The translations under genes were made by a program, and so were the position numbers. Shown here piece by piece: positions 1 to 10,065 of a stretch of 64,000 nucleotides of DNA. The first letter of the stretch is position 1. Each line of letters starts with the position of its first letter. The notes beneath the pieces are model-generated. The model did no database searches. It saw nothing but the letters and a program-made list of their open reading frames with translations, and was not told the DNA's origin. The stretch is from Candidatus Aenigmatarchaeota archaeon (GTDB taxonomy: Archaea; Aenigmatarchaeota; Aenigmatarchaeia; QMZP01): assembly GCA_030670085.1 (NCBI GenBank), contig DAOVCJ010000001.1:11977-75976 (forward strand). Direction: 5' to 3'.

Positions 1-1
1 T

Positions 2-1531
2 GCTGATACTGTTAGGACCACACTTGGTCCTAAGGGAATGGACAAGATGCTTGTTGACAGCCTTGGTGACGTTGTCATAACGAATGACGGCGCTACGATA
101 CTGAATGAGATGCAGATAGAACATCCTTCTGCAAAGATGATGGTGGAAGTCGCAAAAACACAGGACAAAATCGTAGGAGACGGGACCACAACCGCAGTGG
201 TTCTTGCAGGTGAACTTCTTAAGAAGGCAGAGGAGCTGCTTGACCAGAATATACATCCCACTGTCATAACAAAGGGGTTCAGAATGGCAAAAACAAGGGC
301 ATTGGACATATTGAACAAGATTGCAAGGGAGGTTGACATAAAGGATGAGAAGGAGCTTCAGCAGATTGCAGAGACAGCGATGACAGGAAAATCTGCTGAA
401 AAGGCATCAAAGGAACTTGCAGAACTGTCTGTAAGGGCTATAAAGAAGATTGCAGAAACAAGGGGGAATGAGCTAATCATAGATACAGACAACATAAAGA
501 TAGAGAAGAAGGAGGGCGGATCGATAAACGATACCAAGCTGATAGACGGGATTCTTATAGACAAGGAGATCGTTCATTCTTCAATGCCGAAGAGGATTGA
601 TAATGCAAAGATAGCATTGATAGACTCTGCCTTGGAGGTCAAGGAACTGGAACATGATGCTAAAATAAGCATTGATTCTCCAGAGAAGATGCACGCATTC
701 CTTGAAGAAGAGGAAAAGATGCTCAGGGGAATGGTTGACAAGGTTATCAAGGCAGGTGCAACCGCTGTTTTTTGCCAGAAGGGAATAGATGACACTGCGC
801 AGCACTACCTTGCAAAATCCAAGATAATGGTAGCAAGAAGGGTCAAGAAATCTGATATGGAACTGTTGGCAAGGGCAACGGGGGCAAACATAGTAACCAA
901 CATAAAAGACTTGTCCAAGCAGGATCTGGGATATGCAGGCATAGTTGAGGAAAGGAAGATTTCAGGAGACCAGATGATATTTGTAGAGAGATGCAAGCAG
1001 CCAAAGGCAGTGACAATCCTGATCAGGGGAGGAACAGAGCATGTTGTGGATGAAGTCGAGAGGGCAATGGAAGACGCTGTCAAGGGGATAGCATCCGCAC
1101 TTGAACTTAATAGGGTAGTTGCGGGTGGTGGCGCTTCGGAAGTAGAGGTTGCAAAGGAGCTGAGGAAGCATGCAGAATCCTTCAAGGGTAGGGAGCAGTT
1201 GGCAGTTAACGCGTTTGCTGATGCAATGGAGATCATACCAAGGAGCCTTGCAGAGAACGCAGGCATGGACCCCATAGACAAGCTTACAAACCTAAGAGCA
1301 ATACATGACAAAAAACAAATGACATCCGGTCTGGATGTTTTCTCAGGAGATATAAGTGATATGGTAAAGCTAGGGGTCATAGAGCCGCTTAAGATAAAGC
1401 TGCAGGCAATAAAATCAGCAGCAGAGGCAGCGGAAATGATACTGAGAATAGATGACATGATCTCTGCAGGGACCTCTGAGAAAGGACTCCCAAAGATGCC
1501 TCCCGGAGGCGGTATGCCTCCTGAATACTAA
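2..1531 (+). CDS. ths: Thermosome (group II chaperonin) subunit, 5'-truncated by window edge
   Basis: The reading frame is open from nt 2. It translates [17 protein letters not shown]..., VGDGTTT and ...GGASEVE, with a GGGMPPEY C-terminal tail. These are classic group II chaperonin motifs. Confidence 0.95.
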   Translation, partial: ADTVRTTLGPKGMDKMLVDSLGDVVITNDGATILNEMQIEHPSAKMMVEVAKTQDKIVGDGTTTAVVLAGELLKKAEELLDQNIHPTVITKGFRMAKTRALDILNKIAREVDIKDEKELQQIAETAMTGKSAEKASKELAELSVRAIKKIAETRGNELIIDTDNIKIEKKEGGSINDTKLIDGILIDKEIVHSSMPKRIDNAKIALIDSALEVKELEHDAKISIDSPEKMHAFLEEEEKMLRGMVDKVIKAGATAVFCQKGIDDTAQHYLAKSKIMVARRVKKSDMELLARATGANIVTNIKDLSKQDLGYAGIVEERKISGDQMIFVERCKQPKAVTILIRGGTEHVVDEVERAMEDAVKGIASALELNRVVAGGGASEVEVAKELRKHAESFKGREQLAVNAFADAMEIIPRSLAENAGMDPIDKLTNLRAIHDKKQMTSGLDVFSGDISDMVKLGVIEPLKIKLQAIKSAAEAAEMILRIDDMISAGTSEKGLPKMPPGGGMPPEY

Positions 1532-1578
1532 TTCATACCAATTAAAATATTTATATACAGAGAAAGAAAGTATTATTT

Positions 1579-2043
1579 ATGGTAGAAGAGGAATACGAGG
1601 TAATACCAACATCCCCGTTGAGAAGGCTTGAAAAAAGAATAAGTAAGGTAGAGGCTTCAAGTTCAACTTCTCAGATACAAAAACTGATAGAGCAGATAAT
1701 AGAGCTGATAAAATCAAACCAGAGGATTATCGATGATGTTATAAAGGCAGACTCTGAGCTCAGAAACGAGATATCCAAGCTGCCCGGAAGGATTGACGTT
1801 CTCGTTTCAAGCATGAATGAATTCATAGAGTTACTCAAGGCCTCAGCAACCGAGGAAACGGTGGCAGGTGTATCAAAGGATGTGATGGAACCCCTTGTGA
1901 ATAAGATGGACGAACTTGTAAACCAGAACAAGAAGGGTCTTGAGACGAGTCAGGCTGTTTTGAACTCACTCGGGATGATAGATAACAGACTGAAGAGATT
2001 ATATTTGCAGTCTTCAACCGGCACAGCTTCATATAAGAGATAA
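1579..2043 (+). CDS. Hypothetical coiled-coil protein
   Basis: 154-aa ORF with heptad-like charged and leucine-rich composition. A TATA-like AT-rich box (aaaatatttatata) lies upstream. No family recognised. Confidence 0.5.
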   Translation: MVEEEYEVIPTSPLRRLEKRISKVEASSSTSQIQKLIEQIIELIKSNQRIIDDVIKADSELRNEISKLPGRIDVLVSSMNEFIELLKASATEETVAGVSKDVMEPLVNKMDELVNQNKKGLETSQAVLNSLGMIDNRLKRLYLQSSTGTASYKR

Positions 2044-2054
2044 GGAGGATTGGT

Positions 2055-2267
2055 GTGAAGCAATATCTAATCAAGCAGATATTTTCAATCGTGGTTACCA
2101 TAGTCCTGCTTATAACCTTTTACATAGTTTTAATGGCTGACCTTGCAACACCAGGAGATACCTTGATAACACCCCTGATACTCATAATAATCGCCGTTGT
2201 GTGTCTGGCGATATTCTCAGAGCTTGTAAAAATCGAATATTATATTAAGGGAGAAAGTAAAAAATAG
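2055..2267 (+). CDS. Small membrane protein (two hydrophobic helices), GTG start
   Basis: 70-aa ORF. A GGAGGA Shine-Dalgarno lies 5 nt upstream of the GTG. The product has two long hydrophobic stretches. It sits immediately before a pilin gene. Confidence 0.4.
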   Translation: MKQYLIKQIFSIVVTIVLLITFYIVLMADLATPGDTLITPLILIIIAVVCLAIFSELVKIEYYIKGESKK

Positions 2268-2277
2268 GAGGTTTCAG

Positions 2278-2697
2278 ATGAAAAAAGGAATAACACCAAT
2301 AATATCAATAATAATACTGTTACTGATAACCATAGCACTTGCAGGGGTAGCATACACATTCCTGATGGGACAGTTATACACGAGGATAGGCGGTTCGTTC
2401 GATGTACCAGTAGGCGGGGCATTCTGCACAAACGGTCTGATAACAATCCAGGTATCAAATACAGGAACAGCTGATTTACACAGTCACCCAACAGACACAG
2501 ATATTAACGACTTTATCACAGCTCAGGTTGATGGGGTAGATATTACGGCTTCTCTAGAGACTACAACCATACCACCCGGACAGGGGGGCACAATACTGAG
2601 AAATTATGATTGCACAACAAGCTGCGCTTCAGGTCCCCACACAATTGACTTAGGAACAGAATCCCTGGTCCTGCACCCAACTGTCTATTGTCCGTAA
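2278..2697 (+). CDS. Archaeal type IV pilin-like protein (class III signal peptide)
   Basis: The N-terminus MKKGITPIISIIILLLITIALAG matches the archaeal pilin N-terminal pattern: K-G, cleavage, then a hydrophobic helix. A GGAGGT SD lies upstream. Confidence 0.7.
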   Translation: MKKGITPIISIIILLLITIALAGVAYTFLMGQLYTRIGGSFDVPVGGAFCTNGLITIQVSNTGTADLHSHPTDTDINDFITAQVDGVDITASLETTTIPPGQGGTILRNYDCTTSCASGPHTIDLGTESLVLHPTVYCP

Positions 2698-2701
2698 TTC
2701 A

Positions 2702-3355
2702 CTAAACAATTCCAGTCAGGATGTAGGCGACGTAGATAATCAACCCGGAAAATAGTGGAATCAACCAGTTATCATCCACTATTCCTTTATTTTTCCAATT
2801 TCTGATTTTTCCAGCCTCGGGTATCAGTTCCACGAACGTTGCTGAGATCGAACCCAGGAACGCTATGAATGATACCAGGACAGGAGCAACTTCAACTAAC
2901 AGGTATCCCAGAAGTGCTGCTGTGATCAGAAAACTTGAAAGGAAGAAGGCAAGGGAACCCTCCAGGGATTTTCTTCCGAATATTTTATGCTCTCCATACC
3001 TTAAACCCACCATGGTGGACAGGGAATCCCCTATAGAGAGTATGAGACCTGATGCCATTGCTATTTCTAATGGAAATATGAGAAAGGTCAGACCCAGGGC
3101 GAAGTAGAACCAGAAAGCACCCATAAAGGGTCTTTTTATCCCATCCCTCTCCAGTTTAAAAAAAGCACTCCTAATATTGTATTCTAAACTCCCAAATATA
3201 CCTTTCTCTTTTCTTACAGACTCTGAGTAAATGAAGAATGCAAGAGCGATTATGAAGAATATAATGGATGCTATAAACCTTCCTGTGAACTGGGCAAGCA
3301 GAACAAAAACCAACCCGCCCAGATGAACGAACTGCCTCGAAATCTCGTATCCCAT
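2702..3355 (-). CDS. Polytopic membrane protein, dolichol/phytol kinase - CTP-transferase family
   Basis: The motif GDSLSTMVGLRYGEHKIFGRKSLEGSLAFF resembles the GDxxAxxxGxxxG...KSxEG motif of dolichol/phytol kinases. The protein is multi-TM. Confidence 0.55.
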   Translation of the reverse strand: MGYEISRQFVHLGGLVFVLLAQFTGRFIASIIFFIIALAFFIYSESVRKEKGIFGSLEYNIRSAFFKLERDGIKRPFMGAFWFYFALGLTFLIFPLEIAMASGLILSIGDSLSTMVGLRYGEHKIFGRKSLEGSLAFFLSSFLITAALLGYLLVEVAPVLVSFIAFLGSISATFVELIPEAGKIRNWKNKGIVDDNWLIPLFSGLIIYVAYILTGIV

Positions 3356-3388
3356 AGAATAATATTTGTTCTATTCAGAATAAAATCT

Positions 3389-4318
3389 TTAAATCGGGAG
3401 AAAACCCACCTTTGCAAGGAAAAGGAATATACCAAAGGCTGAAAAAACCATTATCAAGGAATGCTTGGTACCGGCTATAATCGATCCCTCTCCAAGCTGA
3501 CCTGTTATCAAACCTATGCACAACCCCTGTATTATTATAACTGAGAAGAACAGTGCAATGTAGTAGGAGGCCACGGCAGTGGGCGGAACACCGAACATGG
3601 AACCAATACCGGAAAATAAATCACATGGAAACATTTTCATCCCTTCACATGGATTGACAAAACTGAATCCTAACGCTCCTCCTTGGGCGGCCCCTGGCTG
3701 TGATTCTATCATTGGAACCATAACATTTACTATCATGACAGCTATACCAAGGAACATGAAGAATATTCCATACATAAGGAGTATGTGCTGCTTGACCATT
3801 GATGACCTTTCTGCTTCTGCCTCTTTAACCATAAGCATGTCCTTTGATACAGAGTCCAGTGTAGATGGGATGTCCCCGCCACTCTCATACGATTGTCTTA
3901 TTATCTTCAATTCCTCTGTTATAAGTTTCGAGTCCTTGAGTTTATCGCCAAATATCTCCAGAACCCTCAAAAAGGGCGTTCCCCATGAAAGCCTGTTATT
4001 CATCTTCTTGACCTCTTCTGTTAACTTTCCATAGTTCGCCCTAGTTGCTATTTTTATGGCCTCTGGCATGGACATTCCGGACCTTGCGGAGTCTGCAAGA
4101 TCTCTTACCAGATTAGGGAACTGGTTTTCTATCGCCTTCAACCAGAGGAATTTAGAGTATCTGTAGACAAAGTAGGGGGTAATGGTTATGAATATTGATA
4201 TTATTATCAGATTGCCAAGGACCCCCACATCCCCCAGAAACAGGCCTGATAGTATCAACGCTATGCTTACGCACGATGGGATTATGATTATCTTACGTTT
4301 TGTTTCCATGCTACTCAC
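3389..4318 (-). CDS. Type IV pilus platform protein, single T2SSF domain (TadC/FlaJ C-half-like)
   Basis: N-terminal TM helices are followed by a cytoplasmic helical domain (FPNLVRDLADSARSGMSMPEAI...GGDIPSTLDSV) and C-terminal TM helices. This is typical of the GspF/TadC/FlaJ family. Confidence 0.8.
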   Translation of the reverse strand: MSSMETKRKIIIIPSCVSIALILSGLFLGDVGVLGNLIIISIFITITPYFVYRYSKFLWLKAIENQFPNLVRDLADSARSGMSMPEAIKIATRANYGKLTEEVKKMNNRLSWGTPFLRVLEIFGDKLKDSKLITEELKIIRQSYESGGDIPSTLDSVSKDMLMVKEAEAERSSMVKQHILLMYGIFFMFLGIAVMIVNVMVPMIESQPGAAQGGALGFSFVNPCEGMKMFPCDLFSGIGSMFGVPPTAVASYYIALFFSVIIIQGLCIGLITGQLGEGSIIAGTKHSLIMVFSAFGIFLFLAKVGFLPI

Positions 4319-5183
4319 TTGGTGATATCGCCTTTAATAATACTATGAAACCAATAGAGACAAGCGGTGTGAAGAAAAACACCAAAAAGGTTTGCAACAT
4401 CAGGGTGCTTGCTCTACCCGCACTTGATCCACCGATAGGGGACATAACCGCCAGCAGGACTATGAAAAATAAAGATCCAACAATCATCAGGGTTATGTAG
4501 ATCTCTGTGTAGAATGATATCATTTTTGAGTACTCATCCAAAGACCTTCTGTAGAGACTCATGAAGGATTTGGCCTTTCCGGAAAGGTACTTGCCTAGGT
4601 CCCCACCTGTAGTAATTGTTGAGGACATTCCATAAAGTAGGTCAGCGAAGTGCCCGGATGGCGTTCTCTCCGCAACCTTTTGTATGGCATCATTAAGACT
4701 CATTCCCAGTGAGTTAACATTAGTGTAGATCTTTCCTGCCTCCTTCCCTATGACTCCCCCCTTTGTGGCCAGGAGCCTGAATATCTCTGTTGGTAATATA
4801 CCTGATGAGGCTGATGTTGCCATGTAGAAAACAGCAAACGGCAGGGTCCTGTTTATATGGGTTTCAATTGATCTTGATTTCATGGAAGGGTAGTAGTATC
4901 CCATGAAAAAAATCATCCCGGCAAATATAAAAGAAACTATTATGGATAGTGTGTAGGTGTAGAAAATGGTGGGTTCCAAAGGTAAGAGGAGTGTTATGAA
5001 TACGGAACCAAAGATTATGGAAACCAGTAGGGTTATGAATGAGAGAAAGATCATAGTGCATAAATATTCATGGAGAGATAAATCCATCATTGCCCTTTTC
5101 AGATTCCTGTTGAGTGTGTCGAAGTAATCCAGGTATGGTTTTGTCAGACTGCCAAACAATTTAAACGCTATTCCTTTTATCAT
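4311..5183 (-). CDS. Type IV pilus platform protein, single T2SSF domain (TadB/FlaJ N-half-like)
   Basis: Contains LPFAVFYMATSASSGILPTEIF...ITTGGDLGKYL flanked by TM helices. It overlaps the downstream platform gene by 8 nt. Confidence 0.8.
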   Translation of the reverse strand: MIKGIAFKLFGSLTKPYLDYFDTLNRNLKRAMMDLSLHEYLCTMIFLSFITLLVSIIFGSVFITLLLPLEPTIFYTYTLSIIVSFIFAGMIFFMGYYYPSMKSRSIETHINRTLPFAVFYMATSASSGILPTEIFRLLATKGGVIGKEAGKIYTNVNSLGMSLNDAIQKVAERTPSGHFADLLYGMSSTITTGGDLGKYLSGKAKSFMSLYRRSLDEYSKMISFYTEIYITLMIVGSLFFIVLLAVMSPIGGSSAGRASTLMLQTFLVFFFTPLVSIGFIVLLKAISPSE

Positions 5184-5217
5184 ACAATCCTCATGTTTTC
5201 ATGCGTAAATCGGATTT

Positions 5218-7005
5218 TCAGGTTACCTTGGAAATGAGATTCAGCACCCTCTGTGGATTACTGTAATAAATGTTTATCACCTTTGCTACATCCCTGTAAT
5301 CAAAAATCTCCTCCCTGAGCATCCATTCCAGAACGGATTTTCTTCTTATGAGCTCCTCCTTTATGGAGTCCTGTGTCAGTCCCAGCTTTACGGATATGTT
5401 ATGCAAGACCACGGATTTCCCACTACTCCCAAAACTATCATCCAGAGGTTTCCATTTGAATATCTCCTTTGTAACAGGAATTTTATCTTTAATTCCAGTA
5501 ACCTCAAGAATGGAATCAGACCTTCTTATATACCTCCCCCTTAACCTCGAGAACACAAGGAACACTATTATATTTATGTTTTCCAGCAGGCTTGGTGGGA
5601 GGGATATGGGTGGTGTTGTTAGCCTGTCCATCAACTGGCTTATGGATGCGGCATGGATGGTTGCGAGCGAAGGGTGTCCAGTAGCCATCTGCTGGAAAAG
5701 GACGAAGGCCTCCTTTCCCCTGACCTCACCCATAACAATGTAGTCAGGCCTCTGCCTCAGGGAGGACTTAAGCAGATCGAAAAGCGTAACCTCACCCTTG
5801 CTCCCCTTTATAGACAGGGGTGTTCTCGCGACTTCTGGTATCCAGTGGGGATGAGGAAGCCTCAACTCTGCGGTGTCCTCTATACTGACTACCTTTAGGT
5901 TGGGTCTGATGAAAAGGGATAATGCGTTAAGAAGTGATGTCTTCCCAGTGGCTGTTCCGCCTGATATTAAAATCGACTGCCCATTCTCTATTGCGAGCCA
6001 TAGGTATGCCAATTGCATTGAGTTCAGGGTTCCATATCTGAGCATGTGTGTCGGGGTCAGGGGTTGTTCTGTGAACCTCCTTATAGTGAAGTTTGAACCC
6101 TTCCTTGCTATATCCGTCCCAAGGGTTGCCTGGAGCCTGCTCCCGTCAGGGAGGGTTGCATCCAGAAGGGGTTCAGCGATGGATATGGATTTCTTGCACT
6201 TCTGCGCTATCTTTATAACAAACGTGTTTAATTCATCATCCTCCTTAAAGACTATGTTGGTTTTAAGGGATCCCAGCTTCGGGTCCCTGTGGTAAACGTA
6301 AACAGGAATATTTACCCCATCACACGATATATCCTCTATGTTCGGATCACTCATAAGGCTCTCTATCTTCCCTAGACCTATTATATCCCTCTCTATGTAA
6401 TAGCTGAGCGTTCCCTTTTTGCTTTCAGCAACCCCGGGCATGGAATCAACTATTTTTCTAATCTCATCCCTGAGGAGTCTCTTTGACCTTACCTCCCCCA
6501 GTTTTATGAAATCAATATCCAGTCTCTCCTCAAGAAGTCTCTTGACGTTTTCTATCGTTTCCAAATCAGCTTTTGTTATATTTGGCTCTATAATGTAGTA
6601 TACCACCCCACCCATCTTGGGATTCCATTTTATGTTTGCATAGGCAAGAACCTGCTCTCCCTTCCTTGGGGAGCGTGGTACCAGGTTGTAACTGATATTT
6701 ATATCCTTAAGGGATTCCGGTGTCTCACCAACCATCAAGGGAACACCACCTACGGTTATCGGTATTTTTGATATCTCTATTCCCTCTACCTCTTTCTTTC
6801 CCTCTTTTTCTTCCTTTTCAGGTTTCTTTTTTTCAGGTTTTTCTTCTTTGTATGGGATGGCAGGATAATAATATGGTCCCTCTTCTGGGACGAAGTATTT
6901 TTTCTCCCTCTCCCTTTTCGAAAGATAACCCCTTTTAAGCTTGCTTACAACGCTCCGTGCATAATTTCTCCCTGTTTTTGCTTTCGCCTGAGTTTTTGGT
7001 CCCAT
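5218..7005 (-). CDS. Type IV pilus/archaellum-type secretion ATPase (FlaI/TadA/GspE superfamily)
   Basis: Walker A is ISGGTATGKTSLLNAL. Also present are EDTAEL, MGEVRGKEA and the His-box region ATIHA. The N-terminal extension of about 90 aa is Lys/Glu-rich. Confidence 0.9.
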   Translation of the reverse strand: MGPKTQAKAKTGRNYARSVVSKLKRGYLSKREREKKYFVPEEGPYYYPAIPYKEEKPEKKKPEKEEKEGKKEVEGIEISKIPITVGGVPLMVGETPESLKDINISYNLVPRSPRKGEQVLAYANIKWNPKMGGVVYYIIEPNITKADLETIENVKRLLEERLDIDFIKLGEVRSKRLLRDEIRKIVDSMPGVAESKKGTLSYYIERDIIGLGKIESLMSDPNIEDISCDGVNIPVYVYHRDPKLGSLKTNIVFKEDDELNTFVIKIAQKCKKSISIAEPLLDATLPDGSRLQATLGTDIARKGSNFTIRRFTEQPLTPTHMLRYGTLNSMQLAYLWLAIENGQSILISGGTATGKTSLLNALSLFIRPNLKVVSIEDTAELRLPHPHWIPEVARTPLSIKGSKGEVTLFDLLKSSLRQRPDYIVMGEVRGKEAFVLFQQMATGHPSLATIHAASISQLMDRLTTPPISLPPSLLENINIIVFLVFSRLRGRYIRRSDSILEVTGIKDKIPVTKEIFKWKPLDDSFGSSGKSVVLHNISVKLGLTQDSIKEELIRRKSVLEWMLREEIFDYRDVAKVINIYYSNPQRVLNLISKVT

Positions 7006-7037
7006 ACAATCACCATCAAAAGCTAATCATGCAAGCC

Positions 7038-7460
7038 CTAAGATAATATAATTTTGTTTTCCTTCTTATAAATTATAATTCTGCCAAAGATACTCATAAC
7101 ACTCCCCGTTAGGTTGTAGGACTCGTTCAGTCCATAGAGGGATGAAGACTTTGAAACCCCTGTTAAAAGACTTGTCACATTCAAACCGTTGTTAGAGAGA
7201 ACAATCTCATAACCCTCATCACTTATTCTCCTCGGAATCTCCACAACCATGTGTGTAGTGACATTCTCTTTTTCAATAAGTTTTATTATTTTCAAAACAA
7301 CAACATCCTTTACCTCATCTAGCTGGTTGTGAAGGTTAACAGATGTAAAGTAATTTTGATATACTGTAAAAACGGCAAAGAGCGCAACAAATATACCAAC
7401 ACCGATTCCGAAGAGCAGAACCTGCTCAAAGATTAGAGACTGTCCCGAAAGTCTTCGCAT
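7038..7460 (-). CDS. Prepilin-like protein (class III signal peptide candidate)
   Basis: The N-terminus is MRRLSGQSLIFEQVLLFGIGVGIFVALFAV, with G|Q followed by a hydrophobic helix. It lies directly upstream of the ATPase in the same operon. Confidence 0.5.
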   Translation of the reverse strand: MRRLSGQSLIFEQVLLFGIGVGIFVALFAVFTVYQNYFTSVNLHNQLDEVKDVVVLKIIKLIEKENVTTHMVVEIPRRISDEGYEIVLSNNGLNVTSLLTGVSKSSSLYGLNESYNLTGSVMSIFGRIIIYKKENKIILS

Positions 7461-7487
7461 ATATTATATTTACCCTTATTATAATAA

Positions 7488-8096
7488 CTAGGTTAGCTCT
7501 ACATTGACATAGGTTAGAACCAGGTCTCCTCCATTGCTTGCGTTGCCCGGCTGTACCACGTTTTTATCAAAGCTCAACTTTACACTTTTTTCCCCTGTTG
7601 ATGTTATTGGTTTCAGTGCAATTTTATACCCCCTTGTTTCTGTGTCTAGCTCCCTGTAATGCAGTTTAATCTTCATTTTATAACCAGTTCCAAAACTCTC
7701 CCCAGTCAGGGTTATTATTCTGGGTTCTGACTCACCATATGTCCCAACCTCTCCAAAGGAGGTGGTCTTCAGTAAGACCTGTGATGCATTCATTATCATT
7801 GGCTGGTTTGTTATGAATTCCATGATTATTGAATTGTTGTCTGGATCCGAAGCACCATAATCAATTGCCCTCACAAAACCGCTTGGTATGTCCAATCTAA
7901 ACTCCCCTGCCCCGGAATTCACTATTTCGGTTATTTTGCTATCAAGACTTAGAATGAAGTTTTGGGCTGTTGAAAACTCTGTTATAGTGGTTCTTTTCTG
8001 TATCAGTGGCATGCCCCACGCATAAGCCAGACCGATCATGGCTATTACTATACCTGCTATGAGAACAAGCGAGAGGGCCTGTGTCTGAGCCTTCAT
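7488..8096 (-). CDS. Prepilin-like protein (class III signal peptide)
   Basis: The N-terminus MKAQTQALSLVLIAGIVIAMIGLAYAW has K-A|Q followed by a hydrophobic helix. It is the first gene of the minus-strand pilus operon. Confidence 0.6.
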   Translation of the reverse strand: MKAQTQALSLVLIAGIVIAMIGLAYAWGMPLIQKRTTITEFSTAQNFILSLDSKITEIVNSGAGEFRLDIPSGFVRAIDYGASDPDNNSIIMEFITNQPMIMNASQVLLKTTSFGEVGTYGESEPRIITLTGESFGTGYKMKIKLHYRELDTETRGYKIALKPITSTGEKSVKLSFDKNVVQPGNASNGGDLVLTYVNVELT

Positions 8097-8234
8097 AATT
8101 TATTATTGCCTTTGGTTGATAAATACTTTAATCCCCTTTGAAGCCTGAATATTCTTTGGCTGTGTTTATAAAGGTTTTGCTACGATAAGCTTTTTAAACA
8201 ATAATTTAATTGAAGCTACATAAGAGGGGTTGTA

Positions 8235-9152
8235 ATGGGACTGTGCATAATAGGCCAGGAGAAATCCGAGAGCAACATAAGGCTGCTTGAGGAGGCAAAG
8301 AAGAAGTTTGATTCCGTGTTCTTCGTTCCGATAAACTCCATAGGCATTGGCCTTAACACGGATTTTTCAATATCCTACAGGGCATCTGACATACTCAAGT
8401 TTGATGCCGTTCTACCCAGGATACCAAAATCCTACCACTCCTATGCTTATCAGCTTCTTTCTTTATTCCCTTCTGATACATTCATGCCGATAAAACCGAT
8501 ATCTTTTCTTCTAGTGGATGAAAGGTTTTTTCTGCTAACGGTTCTGAGAAAGAGGGGAATACCCACGCTTAACCTCCATCTCACGAGATCCAGCAGGGCT
8601 GCATCAAGGATAATAGACCAGATGGACTTCCCACTTATACTGAGAACACCCAACAAGAAAATAGGGGTTGTGGTGAAGAACAAGCTCGAGACAAAATCCA
8701 TTATAGATGCCCTGACTCATTTGCAGCAGCCCATACTTATAGAGAACATGATAAAAGATATGGTTTCGGTTTATGTTGCCGAGCCAGGGATTATAGCAAG
8801 CGTTAAGAAAAAGACCAAGGAACCCGACATCATATTCTCCCCAGGTGATCTCAAGAACAGTAAGATTGACCTGGGTGTTGAGCAGCTTGCCTTGGAGGCA
8901 GCGAGGGCGGTTGATGCGCAGGTTGCAAAGATTGATATAAGCCTCAACCCAGAACCCAAGATAGTTAACATTGATCTTAACCCAGAGCTTATGAGACCAA
9001 GCAAGGTTACAGGAACGGATATACCCAAGAGGATTATAGACTCTATTCACAAAAACTACAGTGCTCACAAGGAGAGGCCGCTGCTCATGAAGTTCTTTGA
9101 TGATGCAAAATCCGTTGTGAAGGACGTTCTGAAGACCAAGCAACTGTTATAA
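8235..9152 (+). CDS. RimK-like ATP-grasp fold protein (divergent, possibly degenerate active site)
   Basis: It is colinear with RimK blocks: FDAVLPRIP, ...RGIPT, PLILRTP..IGVVV, ILIENMI, ALEAARAVDAQVAKIDIS, IVNIDLNPEL. The glycine-rich loop and several catalytic positions look altered. Confidence 0.5.
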   Translation: MGLCIIGQEKSESNIRLLEEAKKKFDSVFFVPINSIGIGLNTDFSISYRASDILKFDAVLPRIPKSYHSYAYQLLSLFPSDTFMPIKPISFLLVDERFFLLTVLRKRGIPTLNLHLTRSSRAASRIIDQMDFPLILRTPNKKIGVVVKNKLETKSIIDALTHLQQPILIENMIKDMVSVYVAEPGIIASVKKKTKEPDIIFSPGDLKNSKIDLGVEQLALEAARAVDAQVAKIDISLNPEPKIVNIDLNPELMRPSKVTGTDIPKRIIDSIHKNYSAHKERPLLMKFFDDAKSVVKDVLKTKQLL

Positions 9153-9181
9153 ATTTAAAAAGAAACAATAAAGGAGGAAAG

Positions 9182-10021
9182 ATGACAAGCATAAACGAGA
9201 TCTTACAGGCTGTGTGGATTTGGATAACTGATTTCACAAGCAATATTATGCCCGTGTACGTCCTTCCAAACATACAGCTCATAATACAGATAGTAATCCT
9301 GCTCGTAGTCGGCTACATTGGGGGAAAGATAGGCAAGATAATAGTAGTAAAGATCCTTAGTGTAGCAGGTCTGAAGAAGATAACCATAAGAACATGGACA
9401 GAGGACATACTGAATGCAATGGGTTACAAGGGAACGATAGTGGGACTGATAGGCGATCTCGTAAAATGGTTTATCTACATCCTCGTTCTTGGCGTTATTA
9501 TAGATACTCTGGGACTGCCGGGTTTTGTAAACATATTCAACCAGATCGCTGGATTCGTTCCTAGGTTCATAGCCGCAATACTCATAATAGTTATTGGGTT
9601 TTTGATAGCGGATTTCCTTGGGAAGATATTCGAGGAGGCAGGGAGAAGGTTTATAGGAGAGGTTATAAGCTCTTTCTCAGGCGGTCTTGTTAAATACTCA
9701 ATCGCTCTAGTATCCATAATAATGGCCCTTGCCCTGATAGGCCTTGATACCACTCCGCTGAATATAATGTTCACTCTCATTCTCGCTGCTATTGTTGTGG
9801 TTCTGACGATAGGCATAAAGGACATGCTACCCAACGTCACAGCAGGCATGTATCTGAGGAAAACCCTGAGGCACGGCGAACACGTGAAGATCGGCCCTCA
9901 TTCTGGGATTGTTGAGAAGATAGAACCAATGGCTGTAACCCTGAGACAGGGAAGCAAACGAATTCTTATCCCGAACCACATCTTGGCAAAGAACCCAATA
10001 GAGAGAAGAATAAAGGGATGA
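9182..10021 (+). CDS. MscS-like mechanosensitive channel family membrane protein (short form)
   Basis: Several TM helices precede GEHVKIGPHSGIVEKIEPMAVTLRQGSKRILIPNHILAKNPIE, which fits the MscS beta-domain signature (...G.V..I....T.L......IPN). Confidence 0.55.
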   Translation: MTSINEILQAVWIWITDFTSNIMPVYVLPNIQLIIQIVILLVVGYIGGKIGKIIVVKILSVAGLKKITIRTWTEDILNAMGYKGTIVGLIGDLVKWFIYILVLGVIIDTLGLPGFVNIFNQIAGFVPRFIAAILIIVIGFLIADFLGKIFEEAGRRFIGEVISSFSGGLVKYSIALVSIIMALALIGLDTTPLNIMFTLILAAIVVVLTIGIKDMLPNVTAGMYLRKTLRHGEHVKIGPHSGIVEKIEPMAVTLRQGSKRILIPNHILAKNPIERRIKG

Positions 10022-10065
10022 CCATTCCCTTTGATTTAAAACAATAATCTGCCAAATATTATAAC

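Noticed and set aside
805-1458. A 217-aa antisense ORF inside the thermosome gene, along with similar long antisense ORFs inside PPDK, the pilus ATPase, PCNA, GDH, Ogg and others
   Set aside because: These have Ser/Ile/Phe-rich low-complexity translations on the strand opposite strongly recognisable genes. They are typical shadow ORFs of a purine-rich (GAA/AAG) coding strand.
2702-3355. Possible prepilin peptidase (PibD/FlaK), given its position next to the pilus operon
   Set aside because: It lacks the GxGDxK second-aspartate motif. Instead it carries GDSLSTMVGLRYGEHKI...KSLEG, which is typical of the dolichol/phytol kinase CTP-transferase family.
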